Shown: in pieces, positions 25,131-37,143 of the stretch
How positions within the stretch are numbered: position 1 is the stretch's first letter
How the letters are laid out: each line of letters starts with the position of its first letter
NCBI GenBank assembly: GCA_038087875.1
Contig: JAXLNO010002693.1
Location: 1-64,000 of the forward strand
Direction: 5' to 3'
DNA: 64,000 bases
DNA from: Malacoraja senta
Lineage: Eukaryota
Program-made: the position numbers and the translations under genes
The notes under the pieces: generated by a model
The model's input: only the letters and a program-made list of their open reading frames with translations
Database searches by the model: none
What the model was told of the DNA's origin: nothing

Positions 25131-26149
25131 CTGCCAAACAAGTGCGTGGTTTCTGATGTTCCTTTCCCTTTCCTCCGCCCTCTAGTTCAGCTGAAAAGCT
25201 CCCAGTGTAATTATTGATAACCATCTTCACTGTTAACATACTAACTGGTCTCGGGTCATCCGCTAACTTACTAAACACGCCCTGTACATTCTGATCCATA
25301 TCGTTGATATGATGATGGATATGTTGTGGATAGATTTGATAGCGAGATCTTTCTTCGATGAGGAGGTTTATGTAGATCGCGAGGGCATATTTAACTGCTA
25401 TCTGGATCAAAATTGTTGCCCCTGCTAAGGGCTTTCAACTCAACTCGGTGCAAGTGAAATGTAAAGGGGAACCCGTGCCTCGTGTCCCTGTCCACAGTGG
25501 GACCCACTGACCTTATTTGGACGCGTAATGTGATGAACCGAAGAACGGGTTCTATTTGTCAAATGTGTTCAACACATATATTCTAACGTGCTCAACTACG
25601 AACAACCCTCTTGATGCATAGTCGCAAGTCGTAGCCCCGTCATTTATTCTCCCCTCTCCCCCCCCCAACAATATCTTCTCCATACCTTGCACGTTGGCAC
25701 ATTGCCAAGGTACAATAACGCAGCCATTCTATCAGCTTGTCCACTTACCCTTTCATCCGCTTCACATCCTGCTGCCCACTAACAGTGGCGCCTCGACTAT
25801 TATCGTCAGCAGACCAAGAACGTATCCTGGCCCCGTTTCTCAACTCCCTCCCCGCCACAACGATGACTGCATTTTCAAAGACATTTGAACAGATATACGG
25901 ATAGGAAGGGTTTAGACCGCTCTGGACTATATGTAGGCAAATTTGACGGTCCAATATGCTAACTACTCCAATAGGACAAGCCCAATTCGACTAGCCCAAT
26001 ATGCAAACTTACTTGGTATGTTGAAGATGCGCCGAATGGCTTGCATCCCTGCTATGACTCTACGCCTCCAATTCCACTTGGGTCGCCACTAAAACATATC
26101 TGCTCACTATTGATCTCTCTTTCTAATCCTGACGATAGCCTCTCCAGAG

Positions 26150-27050
26150 ACAAGTACTACAAACCCATTGACTACCACACCGACCACAACTACGACCGAG
26201 ACCCCTTCTGTCCTTTGCATGGACGTTATCATTTCATTGCAGTTTCTCAGTTACCGTCGCATCTGCTCTGAAGATGTGGTGTTCCACTCCAGTACTTCTG
26301 AAAATCACTCCTTATCCACGAAATGTACTTTCTCCCCGCAATTGTGGCTGGAAGTGTCGCCTGTGTCAGATCCATCCATTTTCCACAACATTGATCTAAT
26401 CTCCCATCCAGGCAGGGAAGAATGATGTTCCACTTGTCCTCACCTTTTACTCGACAAGCCCTTACATAAAAACACATTATTCTCTGATAGTTTCAACGCG
26501 ATCCCACCAGCAATCACATTTTCCTCTTCCCTACTTTCTGCAGAGACCACACTCTCCGTGACTCATTGCTTCGCTCAACTCTGTCCTGGAATCTCTCCAC
26601 CTCCCCAGGCGCATTCCCCTGCAACCACCTCCTCCAACAACTCCTCCAACACCTCCTCCCTCACCTTCTCTCCGGGATGGCGACCGCCCTTCCAGGTGAG
26701 ATAATGGTTCATGTGCGTCGCTTCCAAGGTCGTACATCAAATTCAGGTCTGTTGACGTGACATTCTCTATATTGGTGAGACAAAGCGTAGACGACCGGAC
26801 TGCTTTGCTGAACACCTGCATTCTGTGCGCCAGGGTCTATTGCAGTTCCCGGTTCTAGCTACTTCAGTTCCACTTCCAAATCCCATACCGCCCTCCCTGC
26901 CCATAGTCTTCACCACAGCGCCTTATTTTCCTTTGGGGTAGCCATCAACCGAACGGCATGAAAACGGGATTCCCCAATTTCAGTCAAACACCCCTTTTCT
27001 TTAATTCAACTCGCCATCCACTAACCGCCACTGCTTCAGAATTTCTTGCC
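26150..27050 (+). mobile_element. Penelope-like element fragment (RT C-terminus and GIY-YIG endonuclease)
   Basis: KPIDYH...SxQFLxxRRICSED and LYIGETKRRRPDCFAEHLHSVRQG. Confidence 0.8.
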
Positions 27051-27624
27051 AAACTCAACTTCATCTTTCTTTTACTCTACCTCCCCTATCTTCACCACCA
27101 ACCCCAGAAATTCCGCCCCCCAACACCCCCACCCGGGACGGTATTTGGATCCCCCCCCCCCCACACATACACACACTAGAGGAACGGCACCTCGTTTTCC
27201 ATTCGGGTATCCAAGTTCAGACAAACATTCCTCTGTTTTTCAACTCAGCTCCCACCACCAACCCCAGCGCCAAGACTGTTTCCCACTGCCAATGGCCGCA
27301 TCATCTAACTTCTTTCCTCTACTCTATTTCGTCGATGTGTTCAACATCGCCCCACCCCCCACTCCAGGGGCCTCTCCTGCCCCCATCTACCGGACATACT
27401 CTTCTATTGGTCCCACGTTTCACTCTCCTCCTTCCTTTCTTATGAGTTTCCACTATTTCACTCTTTTATCTTTTCCACGTCACCTCCAGCCTCGGTCCCT
27501 ATCTCCACCTTGGTCTCCTGCAACTGACTCATTAACTAATCATCCGCCTCCTTCAGGAACTTTTGTAAGCTCTTGCCCTACTCCCAGGGACGGCGTTTGA
27601 AGAGGCGGCGAAGACTCGGTCTCA

Positions 27625-29210
27625 AATCTCTGGAATGGGACATGACCATCAAGGGAATCAAGGGATGCAAGTTAGTGGAGTGCCTATTACCAGGGAGAAT
27701 GTGCTTCAGAAGCTGAAAGGGCTGCAAGTGGATGTCACTTGGGCCGGATGGACTGCACCCTTGGGTTCTGAAACAGGTGGCCTTAGAGATTATGGAGGCA
27801 TGATAATGATATTTCAGGAATCATTAGCATTGTGACCAGGAATGGTCCCAGGTGATTGAAACATTGCCAATATCACCCGGCTGCACTAAAAGGGAGCAAG
27901 GCAGAATTGTGGGAACTGGCCGGTTAGTCTGACTTCGGTGATTGGTAAAATTTTAGACTCCATGATAAACGATGCGGTTATGAAGTACGTAGACAGTCAA
28001 AGGAGAGTCAGTAGACGTTGTTTACTTAGATTTTCAGAAAGCCTTTATAAGGTGCCACACGTTATGCTACTTAGGAAGATGAGAGCCCATGGTATCAAAG
28101 GGCAGATACAAGCATGGATAGCAGATTGGCTGCATTGCGGATAACAAAGAGGGGGATTTTTCTCGTTGATTGATGGAGTTCTGCAAGGATCGGTGCTGGG
28201 GCTGCTACTCTTCACGTTGTATATTAATAGATTGAACGAGGGGATTGAAGGCTTTATCGCCATGTTTGCGGATGATACGAAGATAGCTGGAGGGGCAGGT
28301 AGTGTAGAGAAAGCCGGGACTCTGCAAAAGGACTTGGACAGGTTGGGAGAGTGGGCAGAGAAGTGGCAGATGGAATATAGTGTAGCAAACAGTGGAATCA
28401 TGCATTTTGGGAGTAGGAATAAAGGCGTGGACTATTTTCTCTATGGGGTGAAAATCCAGAAATCGGAGGTGCAAAGGGACTTGTGAGTTGTGAGTGCTGG
28501 TGCAGGATTCCCATAAAATGAATCTGCAAGTCGAATCGGTAGTAAAGAAAGCAAACTCAATGCTAGCATTTATTTCAACAGGGATTGAAAACAAAAAAAC
28601 GGGGATCTAATGCTGAGGCTCTATAATGCGCTGGTCAGGCCGCATTTAGAATATTGCGAGCAATTTTGGGCACCATATTTGAGGAAGAATGTGCTGGCTC
28701 TGGAGAGGGTCCAGAGGAAGTTTACAATAATGACCCCAGGAATGAGTTGGTTAATCTATGATGAGCGTTTGTCGGCACTGAGCCGTTACTCGCTGGAGTT
28801 TAGAAAAAAAATGAGGGGGGGGGGGGGGGACCGCATTGAAACATACAAAATAGTGAAAGGCTTGTTTCGAGTGGATGTGGAGAGGACGTTTCCATTAGTG
28901 GGAGAGTGCAGAACTAGAGGTTATAGCCTCAGAATTAACGGACGTTCTAGTAGGAAGATTAGACATTTCTTTAGTCAGAGAGTGGTGAATCTGTGGATTT
29001 ATTTGCCACATAAAGCTGTAGAAACCAAGTCAGTTGATATTTTGAAGGCAGAGATAGATAGATTCTTGATTAATGCGGGTGTCAGAGGTTATGGGGAGAA
29101 GGCAGGAGAATGGGGTTAGGAGGGAGAGATAGATCAGCCATGACTGAATGGCGATGTAGACTTGATGGGACGCATGGCATAATTGTACTCATATTCCTTA
29201 TGACCTTAAG
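27625..29210 (+). mobile_element. CR1-like LINE, decayed RT to tail
   Basis: GVLQGSVLGLLLFTLYIN...MFADDTKI; [12 protein letters not shown]. Confidence 0.9.
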
Positions 29211-29328
29211 ACGTTATGAGGCGAGGCTGTGTCCGCTAAGCCCAGAGAGACAGGGTTTCCGGTTCCTGCTCCAGTCCCTCGCTCTACACCCTCGCTGTGC
29301 ACTGCAGAATGTGCCGATGGTTTCTTAC

Positions 29329-29725
29329 CGGCTGTGACCCGCAGGCGGACCTCACGCTGCGACAGATGGATAAACGGCGGTTTTACTTTGAATAGATGAT
29401 TTGGGGACCATACAGGGCGGTAGTAATCAGGTTTCCTGATCTCCACCAGACACAGGTAGCCGCGACTGTTCTTCCCCACTCAGCAGCGTTATCCTGGTTG
29501 AGGCGTTTCCCTGCTCTGGGTCCACGATGAACCGAGTTGCTCCGTTCTCCGCAGCCCAGGATCCATTAGCTTGGGGTCTGAACTTGACGATATGTCGGTA
29601 GGGTTCCTTCCTCATCCATGTGACCGCGAGTGGGACGTGGTTGAGTGCAGGCGGTGGGAACACACATGGGAGCCTGGCCGAAACACCCTCAGTCCCAGTT
29701 ATCACTGAGACATTCCCGCCGGGAC
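29329..29725 (-). pseudogene. Second V-set exon (V2) of copy 3; +1 frameshift
   Basis: Acceptor ttccctcag|GT, donor G|gtaaga; 397 nt (3n+1); LPCVF, VTWMRK, then in the shifted frame GYLCLVEIRK...VRLRVTA. Confidence 0.85.
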
Positions 29726-29764
29726 CTGAGGGAATGTATCAGAGTTCTGTGGGTGAATGATTTT

Positions 29765-30000
29765 GTACCGATCTCTCCCTGTGGTGAGTGGGTGGAGGCG
29801 GTGCCCAGTGTCGTGATGACAGTGACGGTCCAAGGGAAGGTGGGTCAGAGGGCGCAGGTGACAGGACATATTCAAGGATGGCTCCGGATCAGGGCTCACT
29901 GGTCGCCCCTGACAGCGCGGCTCTCCGGCGCTGCCCTGAGAGCGACAGGGAACCCGCGCCTTCACCAGCGCGCAACATTGTTCTCCACGGGGCGAAGTCA
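29765..30000 (-). pseudogene. Degraded C2-set-like exon of copy 3
   Basis: QGSAGEP and TVTVITTLGTAST; paralog of 8440-8670. Confidence 0.5.
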
Positions 30001-30797
30001 GGAGAATAGGGAGGAGGGAGAGATAGATCAGCCATGATTGAATGGCGGTGGGCTTAATGGGCCGACCGGCCTAATTCTGCGCCTATCACTTATGACCATA
30101 TGACCATTCAATGTGAGAAGTGGTGAACTCCATATCAGGCTGGAGATGCGCCCACAAAGGATTGGGCACCGGACACCGACACTGCCTTTACTACTGGGCA
30201 CTTCAGTGTCCATTGCTATTTTAGATCTGAGAATAAAACGCCAACAAGGTAGTTAACGCCTTCTTATTTCTCCTTACCCAATCTAACTTTATTTGATTGA
30301 ATGGTACAGCACGTAGACAGGGCCATCGGCTCACCGAGTGCACGCCGCCCATGCATCACCCGTTAACATTTGTGCTGTTATCTCCCTTTGGCATCCACTC
30401 TCCACAATTTAGAGGCAATTTACAGAAAGTCAATTAACCTACACACGTCTTCTGGATGTGGGGGGAAACCGGAAGAAACCCACCCGGTCCAGGAAGAACT
30501 TGCAAACTTGCAAACTTCGCACACAGCCAGCACTCGAGGTCAGGATCGAACCCGAGGTACTGGCGCTGTGAGGCAGCGGTTTCATTACCCTCGCTATGTT
30601 GCCGGCCCTTTGACAGGATCACAGGTAGGATCAGCGCCTAGTCTAACCCCAGGAGCGCACTATCCTGTGGGATTCACTTGAGAGGGTTCAGGAGCATCGC
30701 CTGGGGCTGATCAACATGTATTGATAACACATGTTTCGGGGGTGCCTGAGGTCTGTGGGATCTGGGTGATCTAAAATCTCTATACATTGGTTCTCAC

Positions 30798-31178
30798 CTA
30801 TCACAGTCAGGCTCGTTCGAACCACACTTTGAAAATCTCCAATATTGAGCTCCAGGCGGCACCAATACTTATCATCGTCCTTCCGACTCAGTCGCTCCAC
30901 CATTATCGAGGCATCTCCTTCTCTGAGGCTCCCCAATCTGAACCGAGCGCCTCCAGCCTCTTGTGTCACTTCATCCCTCCGGGTGCGTCCGGAACCGGGA
31001 TATGTACAATTGAACACCAGGCTGTTATCCCACGTTTTCTCTCTGTACCACAGCACGGAGCCGGTGACGATGTGATCAGTGGGTGGGTGGGTGAATGTAC
31101 ACGGCAACACAGCGGGGGCACCTTCCACGGAAGACACATCAACAGCACCAGAGATTGTCCAACCGCTGTACGAATAGT
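30798..31178 (-). pseudogene. SIGLEC15-like V-set exon, copy 3 (open frame, acceptor AG>AA)
   Basis: 381 nt open: GWTISGAVDVSSVEGAPAVLPCTFTHP...SVLW...YWCRLEL; acceptor position reads tttgcaa|AC versus tttccag|AC in copy 2. Confidence 0.85.
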
Positions 31179-31795
31179 TTGCAAAGAGAGGGAGAGAAGA
31201 CGATACGCAGCTGAATAGATCCACAGTTTCAGAACCACAGTGAGCCTGGGCTATTGTCACAAGTGGTGTCATCACATATGAATGAGACTGGTTTATAAAT
31301 CTACACAGTGGAGTAAGTCACTGGCCAGGATCTACAATGGGATAGCTATGGGTCTGGATAGAACATAGAACAGGCCAGGAATAGGTTTAATGATACAGAG
31401 CGGAAACATGATTTGTTCCCGGGTCTCTACCGCTGCGCCACCGCGCTGCACGAATGAACTGCAGTCTAATTCTAATTCTCCATTCTCGTCGACACCGACT
31501 AACATTTCACCCCTTTGCTTGTCATATGCCCCATTTTGGTTTATAAAGGCCGGGTTCCGCGTGCCATTTCTCCCGCTTGCCCTGACACCAAATGACCTGC
31601 AAAGGAGTGCAGTGGCCCATGACGATATTTGATCCCATCTCACCAAGGGCAATTAGTGCTGGTCAATATCACTGAATTCTCCCCTACCACCGTCGCAATT
31701 GACAGACGTCGGCGTGAGCCAAAGTACAAAGAGCAGAAGCATCGACAGAGTGGAAACAAGAACACTAGGAAAGACGATGAGACAACAACACCCAC

Positions 31796-31862
31796 TGTAA
31801 CTCTGGACTGAGAACGAGAGCAGGACGGTGCAAAGACAAACCCGGAGAGAGCGCATCGCCAT
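31796..31862 (-). CDS. SIGLEC15-like leader exon, copy 3
   Basis: MAMRSLRVCLCTVLLSFSVQSY + A|gtgggt. Confidence 0.8.
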
Positions 31863-33089
31863 CTCTTCTGTGTGGTGTCCACCTCACGCACTGCTGTGAG
31901 GTTCTTGACGCTGAAATGCGGAACTTGCTCCAAATGTTGCATCATGTCTTGCACAATGTCGAGGACTGTAAGTGCTGATAGCTACTCATTTCTAACTTAG
32001 CAGGGTTTGACTCAGAGGAAAAAACAGACCGCTGGTTGACCTCGGCGCGCCAGGCTGCATCTATAGAGGGGAATGGACAGAGGCCCACCACTGTGAGCTG
32101 CTTGATGCTGAATGTGGAACTTGCTCAGAGTGTTTCTTCACTTCCTGCAACAGCTTGTGGGACAGAGAAAACAATATTTGCCATTTCAAACTGGTGAGGG
32201 TTAACGTCATCAAGGAAATAAAGACAATCCGCTGGAAGAATTCAGCGGGTCAGGCTGTATCTGTGGAGGGAAATGGACACAACATGCTGAAGAATACAGC
32301 GGGACCGGCAGCATCTCTGGATAAAAGGAATGGATGACGTTTCGGTTCGAGACGGTCGAGAGGAGAGGGAGGCCCAGAGATATGGAAGAGTAAGTTGAGA
32401 AAACGAGACATCAAAGAAGAGGTGAATCAAGGAAAATGTAGAATAGATCATTGTTAGCTAAGGGAAGTTGACAACGAAGCACACAGTGATAACATTTAAA
32501 CAAAAGGACAGTCAGATTGGTCGGTGAACTAGGATGGGGGAGGGATGGAGAGAGGGTTTCTTGAAGTTAGAGAAGTTGATATTCATACCACCCAAGCGAA
32601 AAAAGAAAGGTCCCCTCTCGTTACGTTGCCACTGTATTTTCCTCCTCAGATCCGGCCGAACCCGTTGAGTTCTTCAAGCGATTTGGTTTCTCCTCACTAT
32701 TTCCAGCATGTCCATGTCATAGGAGCGGAATGAGACTATTCGGCCCACTGGGTGTACTCCGCCATTCTATTGTGGCTGATCTATCTTTTCCTCTCAATCC
32801 AATTCTCCAGCCTTCTTCCTATAAAATGTGACATCCGTACTTACAAAGAACTTGGCCATCTCTGCTTTAAAATCACCCGATAACCTGGCCTGCACTCTCT
32901 TATGTCCTCAACGATGAAATCATGGAGGGGCTTTGTGCAGCAACATGCTAGTTGTCCCACCATGACCACGGTGACCATGAAATATCTATCTGGAATAATC
33001 GAAATAGCCATTGAGAATGTCAGAAAGTTCTTTAAAATAATGAAATGCTAGAGAACCATGAAATGTCACTTGCAAAAGAGGAATCCAGC

Positions 33090-33300
33090 CAAGACCTCAA
33101 CGGTGGAACAGGGGGAGGACGATGGCTGACCTTAGTGGAGCGTCACAACGGCTGCGAAGGCGGATGAAGGTTGCAGCAGAAAAGGGTCTCCGTTCGTCTT
33201 GGACTCCATGCCACCGGATCCTGCCCTAGATCTCTCAAAGACCGTGGGGTGGCTGCCTGTGCACCAGTCTCCCCACGTTACACAAAGTCACGCACAGGCG
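33090..33300 (-). mobile_element. Probable RTE-clade 5' region fragment
   Basis: Minus strand ggcatggagtccaagacga...gcaaccttcatccgccttcgcagccgttgtgac resembles recalled RTE 5' regions; lies near an RTE 3' end. Confidence 0.4.
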
Positions 33301-33689
33301 TCCTCCAGGCATCCTCCATATAGCACTCTGGAGGGGTGAAGGGAAACACCAAATGCAAACCTCCATTTCCTTGTGGCTATTACCTTATTCAGGAAAGGTG
33401 AAGAATGGATCCGGTGGAATACGCGGAGGAGACCACCATTTGGCTGTCCAACGGGTCGGAAGATGGACCCAACAAAGCGTCGTGGAGCGCAATTAAGGCA
33501 CAATGTCCACGTTGAACACTGGTGTCCATCCACTGCATCCTGACCTATCGCCAGTCGTCTTGACTAGGTCTTGCCGCTGGATCCAGATACGCTGGGAGGA
33601 GAGAGTGAGGCTGACGATTTGCGCAATTCTCCCTCACTTTAATCTAAGTCAAGCGCAAGTCATGACTTCAGGATCCGCGCCCCCAACTG

Positions 33690-33932
33690 GGCGAAGCAAG
33701 ATCACCACAGGAGCGCGTACAGCTGAGAAGAAGCGCACCGCAGAAGCTCAGAGGAAACACGCCGCTGCAAGGCTCGAGCCACTTCAACTTCTACTGCAGC
33801 ACCCACCCAACTGTGTCCCATATGCAGGCGAGCCTTCCGGGCCCGGATCCGTCTCACCAGTCACATACGGACCCACAAACAGACACACTAAATTCATGGT
33901 CTTCTTCGACTACGAAGGACGAACAACAACAG
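33690..33932 (+). mobile_element. RTE-clade LINE 3' end
   Basis: C-terminal CPICRRAFRARIRLTSHIRTH zinc-finger-like motif, then catggtcttcttcgactacgaaggacgaacaacaac tail. Confidence 0.75.
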
Positions 33933-33934
33933 GA

Positions 33935-35379
33935 ATTTTTTGAGGATGTTACTAGGAACATGGACAAGGGGGAGCCAGTGGATGTAGTGCACCTGGATTT
34001 TCAGAAAGCATTGGATAAGGTCCCACATACTTAGTGGGCAAAATTAACGCATATGGTATTGGGGTAGAGTGCTGACATGGATAGAAAATTGGTTGGCAGA
34101 CAGGAAACAAAGAGTAGGGTTTAACAGGTCCCTTTCAGAATGGGAGGCAGTGACTAGTGCGGTATCGCAAGGCTCGATGCTGGGACTGCACCTATTTACA
34201 ATATATATCAATGATTTAGATGAAGGGATTCAAAGTAACATTAGCCAATTTGCAGATGACACAAAACTGGGTGGCAGTGTGAACTGTGAGGAGGATGCTA
34301 TGACAATGCAGGGTGACTTGGACAGGTTGGGTGAGTGGGCAGATGCATGGTAAATGCAGTTTAATGTGGATAAATGTGAGGTTATCCACTTTGGTAGCAA
34401 AAACAGGAAGGCAGATTATTATCTGAATTGTGTCAAGTTGGCAAAATGGGAAGTACAACGGGATCTGGGGGTTCTTGCTCATCAGTCAATGAAAGAAAGC
34501 ATGCAGGTAAAGCAGGCAGTAAAGAAAGCGAATGGAATGTTGGCCTTCATAGCAAGATGAGTTGAGTATAGGAGCAAAGAGGACTTTCCGCAGTTGTATA
34601 GGGCCCTAGTGAGACCGCACCTGGAGTATTGTGTACAGTTTTGGTTCCCTAATTTGAGGAAGGACATTCCTCCTACCGAGGGAGTGCAGCGTAGGTTCAC
34701 AGGGTAAATTTCTGGGATGGCGGGACTGCCATATGCTGAGAGAATGGAGCGGCTGGGCTCATATACTCTGGAATTTAGAAGGTTGAGAAAGGATCTTATT
34801 GAAACATATAAGAATATTAAGGGTTTGGACACGCAAGAGGCAGGAAACATGTTCCCGATGTTGGGGAGTCCAGAACCATGGGGCACAGTTTAAGAATAAA
34901 GCATAAGGCATTTAGAAGGGAAATGAGGAAACACTTTTTCACACACAGAGTCGTGAGTCTGTGGAATTCACTGCCGCAGGGGGCGGTGGAGGTCGTTTCT
35001 CTAGATACTTTCAAGAGAGAGCTTGATAAGGATCTTAAAGATAGCGGATATCGGGTGAAGGTAGGAACGGGGTATGATTGTGGACGATCAGCCATAATCA
35101 TTTTGAATGGCGGTGTTGGCTCGAAGGGCCGAATGGCCTACTCCTGCACATATTGTCTATTTTCTATTGACCCCCAGATCCTCCTGTACTTCCCTTTTCC
35201 CAACTTGACTCCATTTAGATAATAATATGCCTTCCTATTTTTGCCACCAAAGTGGATAACCAAGCATGTATCCACATTAAACTGCATCTGCAATGCATCT
35301 GCCCACTCTCCCAACCTGTCCAAGTCACCCTGGATCCTCAGAGCATCCTCTCCATGCTGCCACCCAGCTTTGTGCCCTC
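33935..35379 (+). mobile_element. CR1-like LINE RT-to-tail fragment, followed by a short inverted CR1 piece (35165-35379)
   Basis: DFQKALDKVP, QFADDTKLGG, tail at ~35100-35165. Confidence 0.9.
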
Positions 35380-35469
35380 TGTTATGCGAAAAGTGTGCCC
35401 AGTCTGTGACCCATACCGCGGTGGCCATAGCGCTATTTTTAAAGCCCACATCGCTATGTTTAAAGGTCA

Positions 35470-36432
35470 CTAGACTAAGTGCAGACCCGTTGGGTCTGGA
35501 CCCCGAACGTGCTTCAGACCCGGTATGGTTCCCGAACGTGCCTCAGCGTCTTGACGGCGTAGACACAGAGGACGTCGAAAAGCAGAGGGGGAAGAGCCGA
35601 TGTTTGGCTTGAGCCAGCGTGAGAGTGTCGGCCCGGGAGGGGGGGGGGGGAGTGGAGGAGAGCTGGGCGGCAGCAGCTAAAATCGCTAGCGAAAGAAAAA
35701 AAAATGTCGGCGTTTTTGGAGCAGAGCCGGGCGGCAGTAGCCGTTATGGTGGCTGGCCAGCAGGAGGCGACAAAATGAGTGAGTGGGGGGGGGGGGGGGG
35801 GCGGGGGGGGGGGAAGATGGATTTTATTTAACAAATGTGTACATAAAAATATCTAAATCTAATAAGGAGTGCGTTAGGGTATGTAAAAGTGTAATGTCTA
35901 GCGAAATGGAAAAAAACTCGGAGTTTTCGCGTGTGGTTTTGGCGGAGCAAGGAATCAAAGGCCAAATCTGACACAAACACACACACCCACACTCCCACAC
36001 ACACACACACAAACAGAGTTTTAATAGTATACTAGACCAAGAGCAGACCCGTTGTGTCTGGACCCCGAACGTGCTTCAGACCCCGGGGCGAAAATCACTA
36101 GCGAAAGAAAAAAAATGGCGTCGTTTTTGGAGCAGAGCCGGTCGGCAGCAGCCGTTTTGGTGGCTGGACAGCAGGAGGAGATAAAATGAGTGAGAGGGGT
36201 GGGGGTGGATTTTATTTAAAAATGTGTACATACAAATGTCTAAATCTAATAAGGAGTGAGTTAGGGTATGTAAAAGTGTAATGTCTAGCGAAATGGAAAA
36301 AATGGCGGAATTTTCGCGTGTGGTTTTGACGGAGCAAGGAATCAAAGGCCAAATGTGACACCCACAAATAAATAAACACATCCACACACACATCCATCCA
36401 CACACACACACAGAGTTTTAATAGTATATAGA
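35470..36432 (-). mobile_element. Two head-to-tail non-autonomous Helitron-like elements (35470-36031, 36032-36432)
   Basis: Each minus-strand 3' end has a hairpin (cagaccc gtt gggtctg; one mismatch in the second copy) just before CTAG; 5' TC at 36432-36431; inserted between A and T; no TSD. Confidence 0.75.
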
Positions 36433-36694
36433 TAGATAGATAGCGCTGGGGCCGGTAGCGTTATATTTAGAACCATAGCGCTGCAGCCGACAGCGCTTTG
36501 TTTCAATTCGCACGAGCTAAATTGACAGCCGCTTTGATTAAACCTTTGCGCGCCAAGTCTGTAGCGCTGTGTGTATTGCTATGCGCGCCAAGTCTGCAGG
36601 TGATAGCGCTGTGTGTATTACCTTACACGCCACGCCTGTCGCACTCTGTATCACCTTGAGCGCCAGTCTTCAGCTGATAGCGCTTTGTTTCCAG

Positions 36695-36915
36695 GAGGGG
36701 TGGGGGGGGTAGGGTGGTGGGAGGGGGACGGGGGTGGGAAGGTGGTGGGGGAGGGAGGGTGGTGGGGGGAGGGTGGGCAGGGTGGGTGAGGAGGGTGGTG
36801 GGTGGGGGGATAGGGTTGTGGGGGAGGGGAGGGTGGGGGTGTGAGGTGGGGGGAAGCTGGTGGGGTGTGGGGGGTTGGGGGTGGGGGGTGGGGGGTGGGG
36901 GGTGAGGGGTGGGTT
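36695..36915. repeat. G-rich low-complexity tract (G-quadruplex-capable)
   Basis: Dense runs of GGG or longer separated by 1-3 nt. Confidence 0.9.
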
Positions 36916-37111
36916 GCTTGAATGCAGTCGTCTGCCATTGGTTGTAATTTGAATTTGGGAGCAGCGCTGTTGGCCAGGACTTACCGGTTGTAATTTCGAC
37001 GACTGATTTCTGCCTGTATAAAGGCAGGTGCCAGTAAGCCATCAGTTAGTTCTTGACAAGAGGGGATCGCCGAAGGGTTGAGTTGCGATTAGCGCCGCGG
37101 ACGGAGGCAGG

Positions 37112-37143
<32 letters not shown>

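Noticed and set aside
8057-31862. Idea that the two-V genes are NAR-TCR or other rearranging receptors
   Set aside because: V1 and V2 end in splice donors with the G strand encoded in the exon, and no heptamer/nonamer follows them
33385-33500. FRKGEEWIRWNT as a gypsy RT fragment
   Set aside because: Single weak motif, no continuation
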